Below, one piece after another: positions 63,640 to 64,000 of a DNA stretch of 64,000 bases. The notes beneath the pieces are model-generated. The model was not told the DNA's origin and searched no databases. It saw nothing but the letters and a program-made list of their open reading frames with translations. This stretch comes from a virus (Duplodnaviria; Caudoviricetes): IMG/VR virus record IMGVR_UViG_3300032167_000048; one strand, given 5' to 3'. The translations under genes and the position numbers were made by a program. Each line of letters begins with the position of its first letter. Positions within the stretch are counted from its first letter, which is position 1.

Positions 63640-64000
63640 GTGAAAGTTTTTTTATTTTTTTATTGATTTTCCGTTGTCGATTTTTTGTATTATTTTTATT
63701 TTTTCCGTGGTGGTTTTCGATATTTTCCGTTGCATTTTATTTTGTTTATTCGTTGTTTGATTTTTGGTGGTTTTAAGGTGGTTTTAAGGTGGTTTTTAAA
63801 TACTGATTTTTTCTGATTTTGGTGTTTAAAGTGGGAGAAAGTTTTTAAAAATTAGGGATTTTTGGGGTCAAAGTGGGGGATGAATGTGGTTGAATGTGGG
63901 TTGTGGAGTGGGGATAGAATGCTTTAAAAGTAGGGATTTTTAGTGGTAAGTGGGAGAGTGGTGGGGGTGTAGTGGGGGTGTAGTGAGGGTGTAGTGGGAG
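63640..64000. repeat. G/T-skewed non-coding tract with ~11-bp tandem repeats
   Basis: ggtggttttaa about 3 times near 63766-63800; gtgggggtgta-like 3+ times at 63961-64000. Confidence 0.8.

Larger units (their letters stand above)
53603..63851. repeat. Repeated operator-like motif AAAGTTTTTAAAAA
   Basis: Direct copies at 53603, 53649, 55090, 60928, 62527, 63838; inverted copies at 55141 and 60979. Confidence 0.8.

Overview
This 64 kb, AT-rich window is part of a large tailed-phage (or prophage) genome, most likely infecting a Clostridia/Lachnospiraceae-type Firmicute and organised like SPbeta. Essentially all real genes are on the minus strand. Read in the direction of transcription (right to left) it contains: (1) a G/T-rich repeat tract at the window end; (2) a promoter-dense early region with ArdC, a solo HicA, a GGCT and many small ORFs; (3) a tyrosine recombinase and a DUF262 protein; (4) long runs of tiny ORFs; (5) an MrpR/YopR-like recombinase-fold protein; (6) iscS, folD and a deoxyribosyltransferase; (7) a replication module with AAA ATPase, DnaB-like helicase, primase, PD-(D/E)XK nuclease, DnaE, RecD2 and LigA; (8) nrdD, nrdG and dut; (9) a tRNA locus; (10) PcfJ, Gp49-family and 3D-domain genes. 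Four signals stand out. First, about 45 copies of a 16-bp palindrome TAAAA-N6-TTTTA, with a fixed-length but free-sequence spacer, sit at junctions of small accessory ORFs, suggesting an integron-like cassette system near a tyrosine recombinase. Second, a coiled-coil gene plus an approximately 400-nt structured RNA is bracketed by two anticodon-defective tRNA-like elements. Third, there are two promoter-less NrdR-box pairs, possibly repressor decoys. Fourth, two FETNSSSTH-motif paralogues are coupled to a radical SAM enzyme. All family assignments come from motif recognition by eye, not database searches.
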